DNA of 64,000 nt from Lingula anatina. Taxonomy: Eukaryota; Animalia; Brachiopoda. The notes below the pieces were generated by a model. That model was not told where the DNA came from, ran no database searches, and saw only the letters and a program-made list of their open reading frames with translations. Positions 26,610 to 40,876 of the stretch are shown here, piece after piece. Each line of letters starts with the position of its first letter. The first letter of the stretch is position 1. The stretch covers positions 11,880,651 to 11,944,650 of the forward strand of contig CM120647.1 of the NCBI GenBank assembly GCA_051362555.1, in the 5' to 3' direction. The translations under genes were made by a program, and so were the position numbers.

Positions 26610-29529
26610 TGGCTCTGACCTGCAAATATGATTTTTGGCATCATTCTGCGACATTTTTGTCTTGGACGGTTTCTGGGCCGCCTGGGAAGACTTCTTCCGG
26701 CAGTCGTGCATCTCCTTCTTGGCTGTATTGTAACAAGGAATGCCACTTTTAAAGGCTGGAAAAACAATATGAGCAACAATTAATGGTCAACCTGAGAAAA
26801 AATCAGAGAGCGAAAACCTCCGCTAAGACAATTAAATATATGATTAATGATAAACCATTAATTAATTCACTGATCATCATATAAATCTATTCACTTTTAA
26901 GTTAACCTATTTCTAATAACCCGAAAATTTCATCAAAAGCCATCCATAAATTTTAGAGTCAGGCTGGTGACGAACGGACAAGCCAACAGACAAACGGATG
27001 GGACAACATAGCCTCCATGGCCGAGGTAAATATCACATAAGGCCCGAAACACTGATGACTAAGGAAACCATCGTATCTTACATGCAACTGGGGCATAATA
27101 ACATAATATATCCAAGCATGCAAAAACCGGGAATCAGTTTTTTTTTCTTTTTTTCAAACGAAAACAAAGTCTCGAGCAGGAGGGTGTTTTGAACTTTTAT
27201 TAAAGGCAGAAATATTCTTTTGACCTCAGTGACTATTAAATGCTCTGAAATGGCCAATGGTGTGAATTTGACAATTCTCCATAGACACTGAGTTGATGTG
27301 CTGCTTAAATGTATGGCAGTGTGCGATTATAAATAAAAATACATGTAAATAAATAAATAAATAGATTCTTTTACAGACCATGTTTACAAAAAATTGCCTG
27401 TCAATAACCAATTATCGAGTTTGCCTGGTCTAATGATAGATATATAAGCACCCAAGGGAAAAAAGCGACAAGATCTGTTCCCACGGTGAAGTAATCATAA
27501 ACACGACGGACAACAAAGTGATTAGTTCTCTCACTTAATCAATGCTGATCGTGAAGGAGCGACAAAACAGCTTTCTTCTTTATGTTGAGTTAATCGCATA
27601 CACGCAGTTGCATTAGAGAACATGGCCTAAGATGAGCCGCCATAACTTCAATGCAAATTCGACCCAATGATGCTCTGTAATAATTGGAGATCACAGCTGC
27701 AGGTGTCACTGGTCTGTTATGTATATCCACAATCTGTGCTTCTGACGAATATGACAAGTATGTGACAAGTATATATGTGTATATTTAGCAGCATTGATCA
27801 TATAAATTCTATATTGCCATCGCTCACTGTTGACATCGGTTTTAACTTAGACGTTTTTTGAAGGTCTACAAGTGACCAATGGGCAGTCTTACTAATGTGT
27901 AAGTGATTATTTTTGCAAAGAATTTGAAAGAAAAAAGAAAAAATGTAAGAAAAAGAGAGAAAATCAAGCAATTTTCAAACCCTATGCCCTAAGCACTGCA
28001 GTTAAATAATTGTCACCGGGAACAATTTCTAATCAACTATCCTTGTGTGTGCTCTGCCCCTAATATATCATCAGTACTTCTCTGTCCTACATGTACATGT
28101 ATAACCATACAAAACTATACCTACTTTCAATATCCCCACAGATGGAGCCAACAGCATGCTTCAGATTCTTAATATTAATACCCAGGCTTTTCACTGCGTC
28201 CGCTACCTCGTTACACGAGTGGGTCACCCGCTCAATGCACTGAAACTTGGCAAAGTACGAGCTGAAAGATGAAAAAGACGTTCTTAATTCACGCGGTGAA
28301 ATAACGCAGACGGATTGTCCATAACCAAGAGAGGTTCAGGGACTCGAATGAGCCACCCTTTTTGCTGGGAAAGGTCCACTTTGGGTAAAATTGATCTAGG
28401 CACACGAGTTTTCAGGGTTAAAGGTCCAATTTTTCAGAAGAAAAGATCCCCAACCTTTTGAAACTGCTGGCTTTGGGCCTGACACATCATCAATTCCTAG
28501 CAGGAGCAGACCTTTTCCCGGCGAAAAGGGCCCAGTTTGCTGCCCCCCCCCCCCCCCTGCCCCCCTGGCTGCGGGACTGAACTTTATTCTCAATACCACC
28601 CTAATATTAAGATGAATCGATAATGGGCCTTTGGTAAAAGTACAGGAAAAGATCCAAAACAATCGTACCCACAAATGTTGGTGGCGATGGTTCTGTTGGC
28701 GTTGGCAAAGATCGGGAAATCCCCTTCCGTGGTCTGCGGTAAGATATCCACCATGCATTCCCGGAATTTCAAGACGTCTTCCTCCGAGCAGTCGGAACTT
28801 GACACTACCAACCAGAGAGCAAATCGAAATTTAGAGAAAAAATACAGGAGGAAAATACTGTATGTCTGGACTTAATTACACACACAGTTTCTGAGCGTGT
28901 CGGCCATTTTACATGGCGGCTCCAAGGGCGCATCCAGAACAAGTTGATCCGCGGGCTAACAGATCCGAGCATCTAATATGGCATCTCACTTGAAAGCTTG
29001 TCTCATAATCTCCTAATAGACACTGAATAGATTCCCCGCGGTGCTTACGCGGTAAGCTTTCAAGTGGGTCGGTCATATTTGATCTGCGGATCTATTAGCC
29101 CGCGGTTTAACTAGGGTTGTGAACGCAGCCCTGAGCTCTACTCATCTTTATATGGTTATACTTGATTTGAATGGACTTGAATTTTCATTGGAGCCTGATG
29201 GTTTTAGTACATTATATTACCAGATAATTAAATTTTATTCACGTCAATTAGATCCTCATATAATAATATTACCATTAAAAGTAAAAAAAAAAATAATAAT
29301 CGTAAATCTATTGGCATATTGTCAAATATAAACATCGATCAGATTTAAGCATCAAATAGTCCCTAAGTGAGATAAAATAAAAATGAAAACAAGTACCAAG
29401 TACTAAGTACGTTGAACCTCAAATCACAAGAGACATTAGGGTGGGAAAAATAAATATATATCACTTACCTGAGGTCACGCAGTACGCTAGTAAGCCAATA
29501 AACAGCAAAACTGTATTAGACCTTCCCAT
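26006..29529 (-). CDS. Uncharacterised secreted or GPI-anchored cysteine-rich protein, 238 aa, two tandem 6-Cys repeats
   Basis: Exons 29529-29469, 28804-28669, 28261-28125, 26755-26620 and 26252-26006 are all GT-AG with matching phases (1,2,1,2) and total 717 nt. Signal peptide MGRSNTVLLFIGLLAYCVTS; regularly spaced Cys; C-terminal ASSAAS followed by hydrophobic PFFCLILFLQIWR. Confidence 0.85.
26538..26605. repeat. (TA)n microsatellite
   Basis: Direct reading. Confidence 0.95.
28926..29131. mobile_element. Palindromic MITE (PIF/Harbinger-like)
   Basis: Termini GGGCGCATCCA.../...GTGAACGCAGCCC; inverted arms CCGCGGGCTAACAGATCCG / CGGATCTATTAGCCCGCGG; core CTAATAGACACTGAATAGAT shared (reverse complement) with the 24305 element. 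Confidence 0.75.
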
Positions 29530-31839
29530 AGTTTTCCGCAACAAACACAAAAATAATTTGGGTGCTCAAATGGGTAACCAATTTTCCTGATATAGACAGG
29601 CTTGTCTCCACGTGAGAAAAAACCTGGACTACACCTCTGATAATAATGAAATTACAAAATTCAAAATGTGTTATTAGGTGCCACTGAATTTTCTCGACTT
29701 CCTTCACCTTGTCACCTTGGGAGAACAACGCCCTTGTCTGCCGTACACCGTGATGATAACACCGAACAGAGTGTAAATCAACCGCAACAAATATAATGTA
29801 TTTTTGATAGTCGACTATATCGGGCGATAGACCACTGCTTTAATCAACAAGAAATCTAAAAGTAATTTTCTCGAGATTCTGTGGACTAATTTCTTTGTCA
29901 GAAGGTGACATATGGCGGTAAAGACAGCACACCTTTCACCGGGGAAAGTTATGTACGGGTCGTAACAGATGTTCGGGGCATAACGCAGAAAGCGCCCTTT
30001 AAGTCGATCATGGTTAACGAAAACGATTTAAGTTGTAAATGTGGCTTTCGTTTGAACGGACTCATTATATTCATGAATTATATTAGCCAGTAGTTTTGTT
30101 TTATTGTGCTGCCCTTCAAACTCAAAGAAAGAAAGAAAGAAAGAAAGAAAGAAAAACTGGGATTTTTTAAAACTAGCAACATTGGAGGTTTATAAGACTA
30201 GACATTAACATTAAGTTGTCTGAGGTTTGAAATGGATGGCATAGGCTATGCAACAAAATCTTCATGTTTATCTTGGATTATCAAGAAAATGAATTCTCTC
30301 TCTCTCTCTCTCTCTCTTCGTCTGTGGTCTCCCCATAGAGTTCAGCTTGATAAAATAACATCAACATGCCTTTTTTGGCTATTTCAGTAGAAAACTGAAA
30401 ACGTTAACACTGGTTACGTGTACAATTTCACAGCTGGGAGGAGTTCTCCTTTGGACATGTATTGTTCATAATGAAAATGTAGACACACGTCACAATGGTC
30501 TGTTTATGTCAATACAGCGGGTGACGTGAACCCACCGCCTTAAGATCGCGAGTTTCTCACTCTTAAGGTGTTATTGTATAAATCAATATAAGGTCTACCA
30601 TATGTAAGTCCGGAGCGTTCGGTACTACGTCATTGAACCCGGGGGGGGGGGGGGGGGGGGGGGTAGAGATAGCTGACTACGTATTCTTCTCCAACATTGG
30701 TCTGTCATATCTCTCACTTCAGAATTCAATTTTTTAAAGAAAGTGTAAAGTGCAAAGAGAAACAAAATTAAGGAAATTTTCAACTTTGTGCCTTACGTAT
30801 TGCAGAGAAAAATTCTCGTCAATTTGAAGTTTTTTATCCTGTTGCTCACCTCTAGGAAAAACTGAACGTCCTTAAGAAGCGTGTTGATCTCTGTAGTAAT
30901 CATCTCTACTTTTGTTATTGTATAGATCAATGCCTATACTGCCTATCAATGATTTTTTACGTCTTTGCTTAGCTCCGGAGATCGGCAAATAGACAAATGA
31001 GTAAATAGGTCAGTAAATTTACAAAATAAATAAATAAATAAATAAATAAAAAGAGAAAAACTCAAGCAATTTTCAGTTTCTGTTTGCTGACGTATTACAT
31101 TTTAATAATTTTCCCCATGAACAATTTTAGTCACTTATCCTTGCACACCCTTGACCACCACCCCTCTCACCCCTGCCCCCTCCACCCCTCTCACCCCTTC
31201 CTCACCCCTCCCCAACAAAACCCTGGATCCTACAGAGAATGTGCAGATCCACAAGAGTTAGAAGCAGAACGCGAAGTCGAAATCGGTGAGGAATTTAATC
31301 AATATGACAACACGTCAAAATACCGCACGAAAGGTCTAATGGTCGTGCGGGTCTCTAGCGTGTTAGTGAACCATTGCCACAAAACGATTGCAAATTATGT
31401 ACTTTCATTAGCAGACGTTAACGGTCAAATTATCCGTTCATTTTACCCCCGAGACCTGCAATGGTTGGCGGGGAAGACAAAAATGTCCTTGTTACAGAGA
31501 AGAGATGCTCATCGGGGAATGTTTTCTTTTTTAATTGCCAAAAGCTAAAGTAGGAGATGGTGCCGAGACCTGCCATTAATCAATAGTGGAGGTTCTGCGT
31601 ATTCTGACACACGACCCACACGTAAGATAGCCACGACGCGCAGTTGATCAATTGGTGCGTTTTGATTGGTCGTTACAAGAAGACGCTGCTCGTGTTACTG
31701 ATAGCGCTATGGCAAACGATTCAAGCGAAGAGACGCCAGAAATGAGCATATAAGTAAACGTCGACACGGATTTAGACACTCAAAGAAACACCTGTCTATT
31801 GAAGCAGACGACCTGTTATTGAGACGTCTCTCAGGAAAG

Positions 31840-34689
31840 ATGAGTCGGTTGTCCGTAGCTGTGATTTTGATCGTCTGCGGCCTTCTTGTCGCGCTTTTTG
31901 TTGAAAACTGCCACAGTTTACCTGCACGTAAGTAGTTTTTTATTGTTATTATTTAATCAAATTTTATGCTTGACATATATATATACTATAATAACGAATT
32001 AGCTATTGTCAAATGTAGTATTTGAACGGTATGACAACTTTGGATGCATACAGTCTTGCAGTGTCGCAAGAGATAGACCGAATCTGCCAAAATATTAAAA
32101 TATTTTCCTTTTTTTCATTGTTTTGGTTTACCCTTACTTTAAGGGAAATAGAGAGAAGGAGATTGAAAAAGAAACAAATACCTGAAACTGAGTTCTTGTT
32201 AACCAAAAGTTTCGAAAACTGTAATATATTGCCAATTAGGTATTTAGAATTGAGTTCTAATTTCCTGCTTGTTTCAAGCTAGCAGTCTCTGTGATTTGCA
32301 GATTAGCTGAAGAAGCGAAACAATGTCACATAATTTTGCATTTTTTTAAAGAGGGAAAGCGATTAGAAATTCTACAGTTTATGAGAACGTTGTACACATG
32401 TATTTATGCTTGCTGTGGGCCTATTAAACCTTAACTAATATGCACACCACAGATTTTATAAGAACATTATTCTTCGACATGACCAGTTCATCTGGCTTCA
32501 TCAGCTATACTAAGATAAATGTGCCAATGGCGTAATCCAAATATCACGCTGGTAATTACATGAACCAAAAATGGCGTATATTTGGCCGTTAAACTGTCTA
32601 AGATTCAAAACTTAAGCCTCCGTTTAAGGGAGACATTTACAAAGGAACCCAAATAAATGAAAACATTAGAATTGTGTATCAGAGAGTGCATTTGTATCTA
32701 TGTATTCATTTATTTGTTTGATTACATTATATACTGATGTATATTCATACTGAGAGAGTGTGTAAGTGTGCGTAAGCTGGACTCACGGGTTTATTATTTT
32801 TTATATTTCTGTGTTTAAAAAATTTACATGATGGTCTTTCTGCAGTGATAAAAAATATTGGCTGTAAAGGTTAAAGGTTAACAAGGGGGCATCGTGCGAA
32901 CTAGCTAGTTTTTTTTTCTTTTTTACTTTTATCAACAACCCCCCCCCCCCCCCCCACCACCACCACTACCACCGCCACCAACACCACCAAAAATAGTTAC
33001 TTTGGATAAAACACCATTTAAATTTTTGAATGTGTGAAGCACAATATGTTAGGGTATAGAGTTTGGATGTAGGCGTAAAAAACCTTTTGCATATACCTAC
33101 GTAGATTCCACGTGGATTTATCCGCATGAATGCCACTTATAATTTACGTATTATAATGACGCGAAACCCACATAGATTGCGTAAATTCAACCCAGTTTCT
33201 ATTAATTATCACGTGCGACATGTAGTTCAAAGTGATTAGCTGCTCGCCAGACGTCAGAGCGCGCATTGTCATAACTGTCTTATTTATCATGATAACAGTT
33301 GATGCGGGAAAATTGCAACCCGATGTTAACGATAAACAATGCTAAAAGAGAATTGAACTAAATGGACTTACATGATCTTATAAGTAAAACTATTCTTAAT
33401 GAACCCCCTAAGAGTACTTGAAATTAAAATAATTTGTTAATAAAAAAGTTTTCAGAACGTTCAGTTTTGACTAATGGAACTTTAATTTGGGTAAGAGTTA
33501 ATATATCAAAACTTAATCGTTTCTAAATCACCTAAATAGGCTAAGGGAACTTTAAAATTAAAAAAGACTAATTTATAAAAAAAAAAATCTCAGAACGATC
33601 AGTTTTAACCATATTTAAATTACAGTGGAATCTTCTCTTGTTGTTTACATCAGAGTTCAAGGTAACATAGGCTCGCGTTATGTAAGTTAACCAGGCGCTT
33701 GATGGTTTACGTGATACCTACCTTGTGTCTTTTTGGTTGATTTAAATTGATATCTGAGAGCGTGTGTTATGTGGGTGACTGAGCTGTCTATTGGGTACAG
33801 ATACTTTATTAACTTGGTAAACACTGAAACAAAAACAAAGTACAAAACCTGAAAAACCGGCGATACTTTTGTTGTTTCTGTGAAGTAATAAAAAGGGATA
33901 TTAAGGGGATATTAATCAAGTCTCTCTAACGTTGGTCAATTTGGATGTCATTTGTGAGACAATAGTAATGCTGTTACGCCTAATCAAACAAGAGCCATTT
34001 CTTACAAAAATGCAAATATACAGTTATTCGATTCGGATGACCAAACTGGTTTCAGTTCTCAACACAAAAGATGTATCGGGATTGCTCTTTTAAAGATTTA
34101 AACGTTCGGTTTATATTTTGCTGCTGAGACCAGTAACAATCGTATGTCGCCGGAGACTGGAGTAGATTCCTTTTCCATCCCTGACTTGGTGGTATTTTAT
34201 ATCGTCACGAAGGACCGTAACCATCGTGCATACTATCGGCCATGACATATTCGTTTGGTAGGATAGTGAGCAATGCAATTTCCATCGTCTTTCGGTCCGC
34301 TTACCAACAGTTTCTGCAAGTGAAAAAATGGCTGGAGTCGGTTTTGAGTCAATTCCATCTCTAATTTAAGGCAATTAATTCGTCTTCATGATTGTGTTTC
34401 AGTGAATGTCTTCATCTTGTAGAAAATGAAGTTTTACTAAAAATGTGTTGAGTAAACGACAATCTTGGCTGCCAATCCGGTTCGAAGGGAACGCTGGTTT
34501 CTCCATGTAAACGCGACCATTTGAAAAGTGCCAATAGCGCCAATGTGTCCGTGAGCGACTGGGGAAGTCGTATTCACACTCATAGAAACGCATTACAGAT
34601 ATCTTCGCTGTTATGCAGAGAAGTAAAAAAAAATAGACAAGGTGTTAAGTAATCTTCTCCTTGACACAAGAAGAACACACGCACTAGAC

Positions 34690-34734
<45 letters not shown>

Positions 34735-35135
34735 GCTTAATAATAATGATGGTGATGCATACCTTATTGAGATTTTATAAAGAGTAATATATAAAATTTC
34801 AAATATTTCTTAATCCGTCAAATTGTTCCGCTTTCAAACCCAAGACGTCGAGTGAGGTTACTTTGATTGCACAAATATGCCACCATATGTTTAATATCTT
34901 TTAGAGTTAAGATCAGAATTGGAAGAAGGCATATTTAAGAAAGGCACACGAATTACTGGACAAGATGTTATTAAAGTCCAAAGAAAAAAGAAAAGCGAAT
35001 TGTGAAAATAAACAAGAAATCGCCTGTCATATTATATACTGTGCAAACATTACTTTTCATTTATTTATTACATCGGTCACTTCGTATAGTGTACAGTATT
35101 GATATATCCGGCTGATATCTTAGCTTTGTTGTTAT

Positions 35136-35201
<66 letters not shown>

Positions 35202-35212
35202 TATATGCGTGT

Positions 35213-35259
<47 letters not shown>

Positions 35260-36095
35260 AACTCGACGATTTACAATGTTGAAATGAAAACACGGCGTGC
35301 CAAGTATCTAAGCCGGCCAAAGCAATCGCACTGATAGGATGTCTGGGTAGCTGAGGAAATGATAGAGATAGTCAACTTTCACTTGACCGATTTCTTGGCA
35401 TTTTCAATTTGCCATACTGCCTGGTCAAGCGTCTGTCTTCTAAGAACATTGATTGTTCCTTCTATGTCTGTCTTTGTCTCCATATCTTGTATCTTTTTGT
35501 TGTTTTACAGACGATAATTATGGCAATAAACTAGGACAGGACAGCCATAGATGAAATGCAATTGTTTAAAATTAGATTGTTGGTGTGCTTTGACAGATTT
35601 TGAGAGTTTTGTAATCCCTTTTTGAGTTCTCGTTTTCTCCAGGGAAATCTACTTCTCCCAGTCGTCGTCTACTAATAGTCAGTAATATACTTAGTATATT
35701 TACTTAAACATTCTTTTTCACAATTAGAACACCGATTTTTAGTCCAGGTTCTGGAAACATCAATAAGCAATTTTGTTTCATGGTGCAAACTATTTGCTTT
35801 TCAAGTGATCCTTGTAGTAAATAGCAAATTGTTAGAAAAAACCCTAGCCAATTCCGTAAAATGGCTTAAATGATCTCTGGTAGATAAAATAAAATTTATA
35901 TTTTGCCTTTTCGTCTTCTTTTTTATTTCAGTCAAAACAAAGCGTTCGTTTTTTGACACAGACGACACACAAAGGGAGGATGAGAGGTTTAGGTATCTTT
36001 GGAAAAGGTTTAATTATCCAGAGGAAAATCATCCTTGGAAACGAATGAAACCCAACCAGGATCTCTTTGGTTTGTTCCACCCAGAGTACGCATAA
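31840..36095 (+). CDS. Small secreted prepropeptide (neuropeptide/hormone-like precursor), 83 aa
   Basis: Exon 31840-31927 (signal peptide, donor GTAAGT, phase 1) plus exon 35932-36095 (acceptor TTTTATTTCAG): MSRLSVAVILIVCGLLVALFVENCHSLPALKTKR-SFFDTDDTQREDERFRYLWKR-FNYPEENHPWKR-MKPNQDLFGLFHPEYA*. Probable 3'UTR intron 36099-37091; AATAAA at 37384-37389. Confidence 0.75.
35137..35255. repeat. Compound (TG)n(AG)n microsatellite
   Basis: Direct reading. Confidence 0.95.
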
Positions 36096-36185
36096 AAGGT
36101 AATCCATACACTCACCAGATGTCTCTTCTGGTAGCTGAACTTTGGAAAACTTTACGTGAAATATTTCGAGTGATTTTTCCGAGAG

Positions 36186-36299
36186 CCCAGCAAACGTATA
36201 ACGTTACTATAACGTTACCATAACGTTATTATAACGTTTCCATAACGATGATGCAAAAAGTTACGGTAACGTTATAATAACGATATGTGTTTGCTTGGG
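36186..36299. mobile_element. Short foldback element with CCCAGCAAAC termini and 11-bp internal repeats
   Basis: CCCAGCAAAC...GTTTGCTTGGG with tandem ATAACGTTACC-like units in both orientations. Confidence 0.7.
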
Positions 36300-38909
36300 G
36301 GGATATTTCAGTCCAGTGAGTATTTATTTTCTGCTTACTCAGAGGCTAGCAACAAGCTGACCTAAGTGGTGCACATTACAAAGAAGAATGGAAATGTATA
36401 AAGGGAATGTTACATGTACCTCCCGACCAACTTAGTCCAACGTTTTAATGCACTGAGTTTAATGACAAGAATAGAGCATGCTTACATTGGATAAATAAAA
36501 TAAAGAGAAAAAGAGAAAGAGAAAGTATGGAAAATAATTAGAGAATGGGTGAAACACGTCTAATCCATCACATATATCTTCGCAATATACCTGCAGTATA
36601 TTTAAATCCATGCCATGTTTTACACCTATTAACAAGCTGTCAGCGTTTGTGTACGTGCGTCCCTATGGTTACGACTGAGTTATTTGCACTTGTGATAACC
36701 TTAAGCCATTAGGGGATGATGTTCTCATGTTCCATACGGCCTTACAAATAGTTTTATTCGTCCATGATACACAACTTCGACACTCATAGGTGATAGTAAA
36801 GAGCTACCAATTATAAGAAACATTCTCAAATACCCTGTATATGTGTATATTATGTATATATTTTTAAAAAAGATAAATCCTGTTCTGTCTGTGCACACTT
36901 CCGTTCCATCAAACAGTTAAAATAGCAGTAGTAAGGATCTTTACATCGTTTTACATTTCAATGCATACGATCACGTTACTCTCTTTTGTTCAACTGAAGA
37001 CAAAATAGTGCTTTAAATTTTAAATTGTAATTTAAAATATTATTTGAGTGCATTTATTTTTTTTATCAATGTCCATTTTTTTCTCACCTAGGTTGACACA
37101 AAGAGGATCATCACCTTTGCACAAACATCAGCGCCATCTCTCGTCCATAACCAACGTCAGACTGTCTCATCACTCTATATCAAAGAACGAGAACAACGAT
37201 CTCGACGAAGAGATTACGTCTACCACTTAAATGATCTTTTTAGTTAGAAATGGACTTCTGTATTCATTTGTTTCTTTGCCAATCGACTGGCATATTGTAC
37301 TAGCCAAACGGCCATCCTCTGTGCTCTGTATGTTATTTTTCTGTTTTTTTTTTTTTTTCATATAAGGTGTAAATGGTCAAGGAAATAAACACTATGATAA
37401 GCAGATTCAGACCACTAGTAACATCTTTCGTCTATTTTCTATACTGACGGCAGATGGGTCCTAAATATCGGCACTAAAGTTGGAGAGTTTCCAATTTTTT
37501 ATCATTTCAAGCAAAATATTATTTCGATATTTATTTTATTTTCTTATTGTTTGACGAGTATTTTAGTTTTGTGGCTGTTTAACTCCAATGAACTGATATC
37601 CTTTAATACCCATGTACATTGTTATTGGTGCCAATAACATACGAGACTATGAGAATACTAGCATTTGGATATTTTAAATGAATTTGCCTACTTATATTTC
37701 TCTGCAGAGTATTAAAGAAAGGATAAGTATATTAAATCAAAATTGAAATAAAAAGGGCATATTCCTTTTGTGTATGTGTGCGTGTTTATGTGTCTACACA
37801 CTCTCCGTTCAACCTTTTGATTTTCCCCATTTCTGAAGGAATTGTGAAATCGTAAAATCCAACGGTATTATTCTCATTAAAAGCTTTATGTCAATTTCTC
37901 TTTTTACACCACCTAGCCTCTTTTTGACACTGACTGAGCATTTCTAAAGCCAAAAGTGTTCGACTGACTGTTACCATTACTGTATCAAGCAAATGACTGG
38001 CAGGGGACGCATTGCGGTGCTAATAGTCATCTTTCACAGACTCTATGATGGGTTAATTGTGCCTGGAGATACATTACGGTAATTCCCAGATTAATTTATC
38101 GTTTTGAAAAGAATCAAATAATCGTGATTAATGTCAGCATGCCTTTCTATGCAATGCATGTGCTTGGTATGCGTTTTGCCTACAAAAACGAAATACTTAA
38201 AAAATACTCATTGAAAAAACAGTTTGAGTATGATAGTGGTCAATAGTGTCCTTATATCAACAATTCTGGGTTCCTTAGCACAGGCAGAGGAGAGTTATAT
38301 TCGTAGTTATTTTGATCAAAACAAGTAGATGATACTGAAAGGCGATACGGCATTCGAAAAGAAACGACGTCCATGAAGCCACAGCAGGGCTATATTTAAA
38401 ACAACACGAATATCGAAATTAGAGCCTCTGCCACGCTGACACGCGCACTTGGATCAGAATCATTAGTACACATGCCAAAGAACTTGCTGCAAGACGCGGT
38501 GAGCTCATTACAAACCTATCATACCTGCCAACAAGTAGTTACGTAGGAGCATTAGTCCGCCTCTTAATGGCATAACGGCTTCTCTCCTTATCAGTCAGCG
38601 TTCAAAATTTACTGCAGTACAGAATAGTGTAGGAGTATAATTCGCCAGTGATGGTTAAAAGTGATAGGCTATGTTTCCGAGCGCGACCTATTAACGCGGT
38701 TGCACATTTTGTACAGTTCTGACGAGTATTCGGTTTCTTTTAATCCCGACTCTTGGAAAAACGTCAAGGTTTGTCCGGAAACACCGACTTCCTTTTTATT
38801 AAAAAGGGATAAAATGGTTAGATTATGGGAGTAAAGAAAACTTCCAGGGAATATCCAAGGCGTCTGAGTGCGATTTTGGCTTGTGTAACACTGCCTAATT
38901 CAAATGTCG

Positions 38910-38945
<36 letters not shown>

Positions 38946-39715
38946 TTTGGAAGTGGGTGTATGCCCTGACTTTTAAAGGACGCAGGAAACTTGCCTACCC
39001 TCTGATTTAAAGGGCTCCTAAAATACTATACAAAATAACACTGTGTTCAATACAACGTGTATTAACTAGCGCACCCTGTGGTCAGAGAGTATAACCCCTA
39101 CATGTATCTACTCTCCGCGTGCATCTATATTAAAACGGCAGCGGCACGCGTTAGGCATTACGCATACCTGAATGCTGGAAACATTAGACATTTTCTCACG
39201 GTACTGTACATACTGTATTGATATCAAACACGTTATATCAAATGATATAACAACTTATTATATGCACGTATTGGAGCAAAACCAAATCATTCCCATCAGC
39301 AATATAGTCAATGTGTGAATTGGGATTGAGCTGGCTGAAATCAAAATATCTACGTATATATACACAATTTTATCTTTGGCCACTATTATAGTGTGGAGAG
39401 TTGTCCTCTAAACGTACTGGTTTGCCCGTGGACAATCAAGCTTAGAGCATACTGTTTCACGGATATGGTGTATTATTTCTAATGACAAGATAATTGTTGC
39501 TTTCCTCGACCTGTTTGATGAGTGGACGACCTGGTTTGGGGGAAATTGACGAACAAAAATTGATATCCTGCCACAGGTAATTGACATGAAGTACATGGCA
39601 CTTCAGAAACGTGTACTAATAAAAATTGAGAATTGCATAGAAAATGAAGCTACTCGGAAATTATGTCTTTGGATGTTTTAGTGTCGGTGAGGTTCGTATC
39701 TGTTTAATGTTTTTT

Positions 39716-39756
<41 letters not shown>

Positions 39757-39777
39757 AACCTTAACTCTGAGTCCATT

Positions 39778-40071
39778 ATGAGGAACGCTCTTGAAGATTA
39801 CGAAAGAAATGTCAAAGTCGGAGGAATAAATTTGTCAAACCTGAGATATGTCGATGATATAGTCCCTTTTGCAAGCTCTATGTCCAAACTTCGAGAAATG
39901 GATGACAGGGTGAGAAAAAAAGCGAGAAAGTTGCTCTTTTTCTTAACGCTTAGGAAACTAAGGTCTGGAATAACCAAAAACATTTCTCTTAACACAAAGC
40001 AGAGACTGCTCAACTCTAGTTTTTCAGTAGCTTCATATGGCGGGGAATGTTGGGTAATGAATAGAATTTGA
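39778..40071 (+). mobile_element. Degraded LINE reverse-transcriptase fragment (RTE-like)
   Basis: ORF contains VKVGGINLSNLRYVDDIV (RT YADD-type motif) joined by an internal deletion to ISLNTKQRLLNS...YGGECW, typical of the post-RT region. Confidence 0.8.
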
Positions 40072-40868
40072 ACGTCTAAAACAGCAGGACCCAAATGCAG
40101 TGACAAACCAAGCAATGATTTCAGAGTAGGAAAAAATTGCTATTTTTTTTCGAAAAGATTTGGCTGAAAAATCACGGATTTTATACCTTTATAAGATTAA
40201 GTGTAACATTTAAGGCCTGATCAGTCACAGTATTGCATTGATTGGGTTTGAACCTGCGATGCCCATCAATTGTTACAAGTTAACATGTGTAACCAGACGT
40301 GAACAGCGAACTACTGATTCTATACTATCACCTGACGACTGCTAGCTTAGCTCTTTCTCTTGGTTCTTGGATTGATCTCCAGAAGGCGCTGTGTGCCAGA
40401 AATAAAATACGCTTTCAGAATGAATCAAAACATGAAATCGCAGCCTAACCTTACATAAAATAGCACACCGTACAATTATTTAGCACCAAGAAAGCTATAC
40501 CTTGCACTAACATTCACCCACTCTGGTAGTGGTGGTTAATTTGTGGGTAAGGTGGTTAATATGGTTGTTAGTGCTAAAAGATCTGCAGGTAGTGCTAGTA
40601 AACGCCTTATCCGTTTGTAAGTCCTGCATTTGCTCGGGGAATTTTACACCTTGTGCTCTGACCGGGATTGCAGCTTTATTTCCCTTGTTACTAGTTTGTA
40701 TTTCTGCAAATTGACACAGTGTGTAGAAGATGATTTATAGTCGGCTCCGATAATTTGTGCTCGGTTCGTTATATGATAATGACGGTCTTAATCACTTATA
40801 ATTTGCTAGTAATCTAATCCTAGTAATCCTAATCTCCGGTTATAACAGTATCTGTACCTGACGTTTGC

Positions 40869-40876
40869 TATATAAG
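40869..40876 (+). promoter_or_regulatory. TATA box of the knottin peptide gene
   Basis: TATATAAG about 97 nt upstream of the ATG at 40966. Confidence 0.55.

Noticed and set aside
27053-27080. CTGATGA-CTAAG-GAAAC hammerhead-like core
   Set aside because: Stem II is only 1 bp with the wrong polarity and there is no stem I.
31084-31548. 154-aa ORF upstream of the peptide gene
   Set aside because: Non-ATG start, low-complexity C-rich part, no domain and no consistent splice partners.
32476-32504. Minus-strand CTGATGAAGCCAG...CTGGT-CATGTC Penelope-type hammerhead relic
   Set aside because: The essential GAAA is missing, so it cannot be functional.
37048-37230. ORF ...LTQRGSSPLHKHQRH... as a coding last exon
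   Set aside because: More simply the 3'UTR exon of the peptide gene, whose stop precedes the donor at 36099; not excluded as an alternative coding end.
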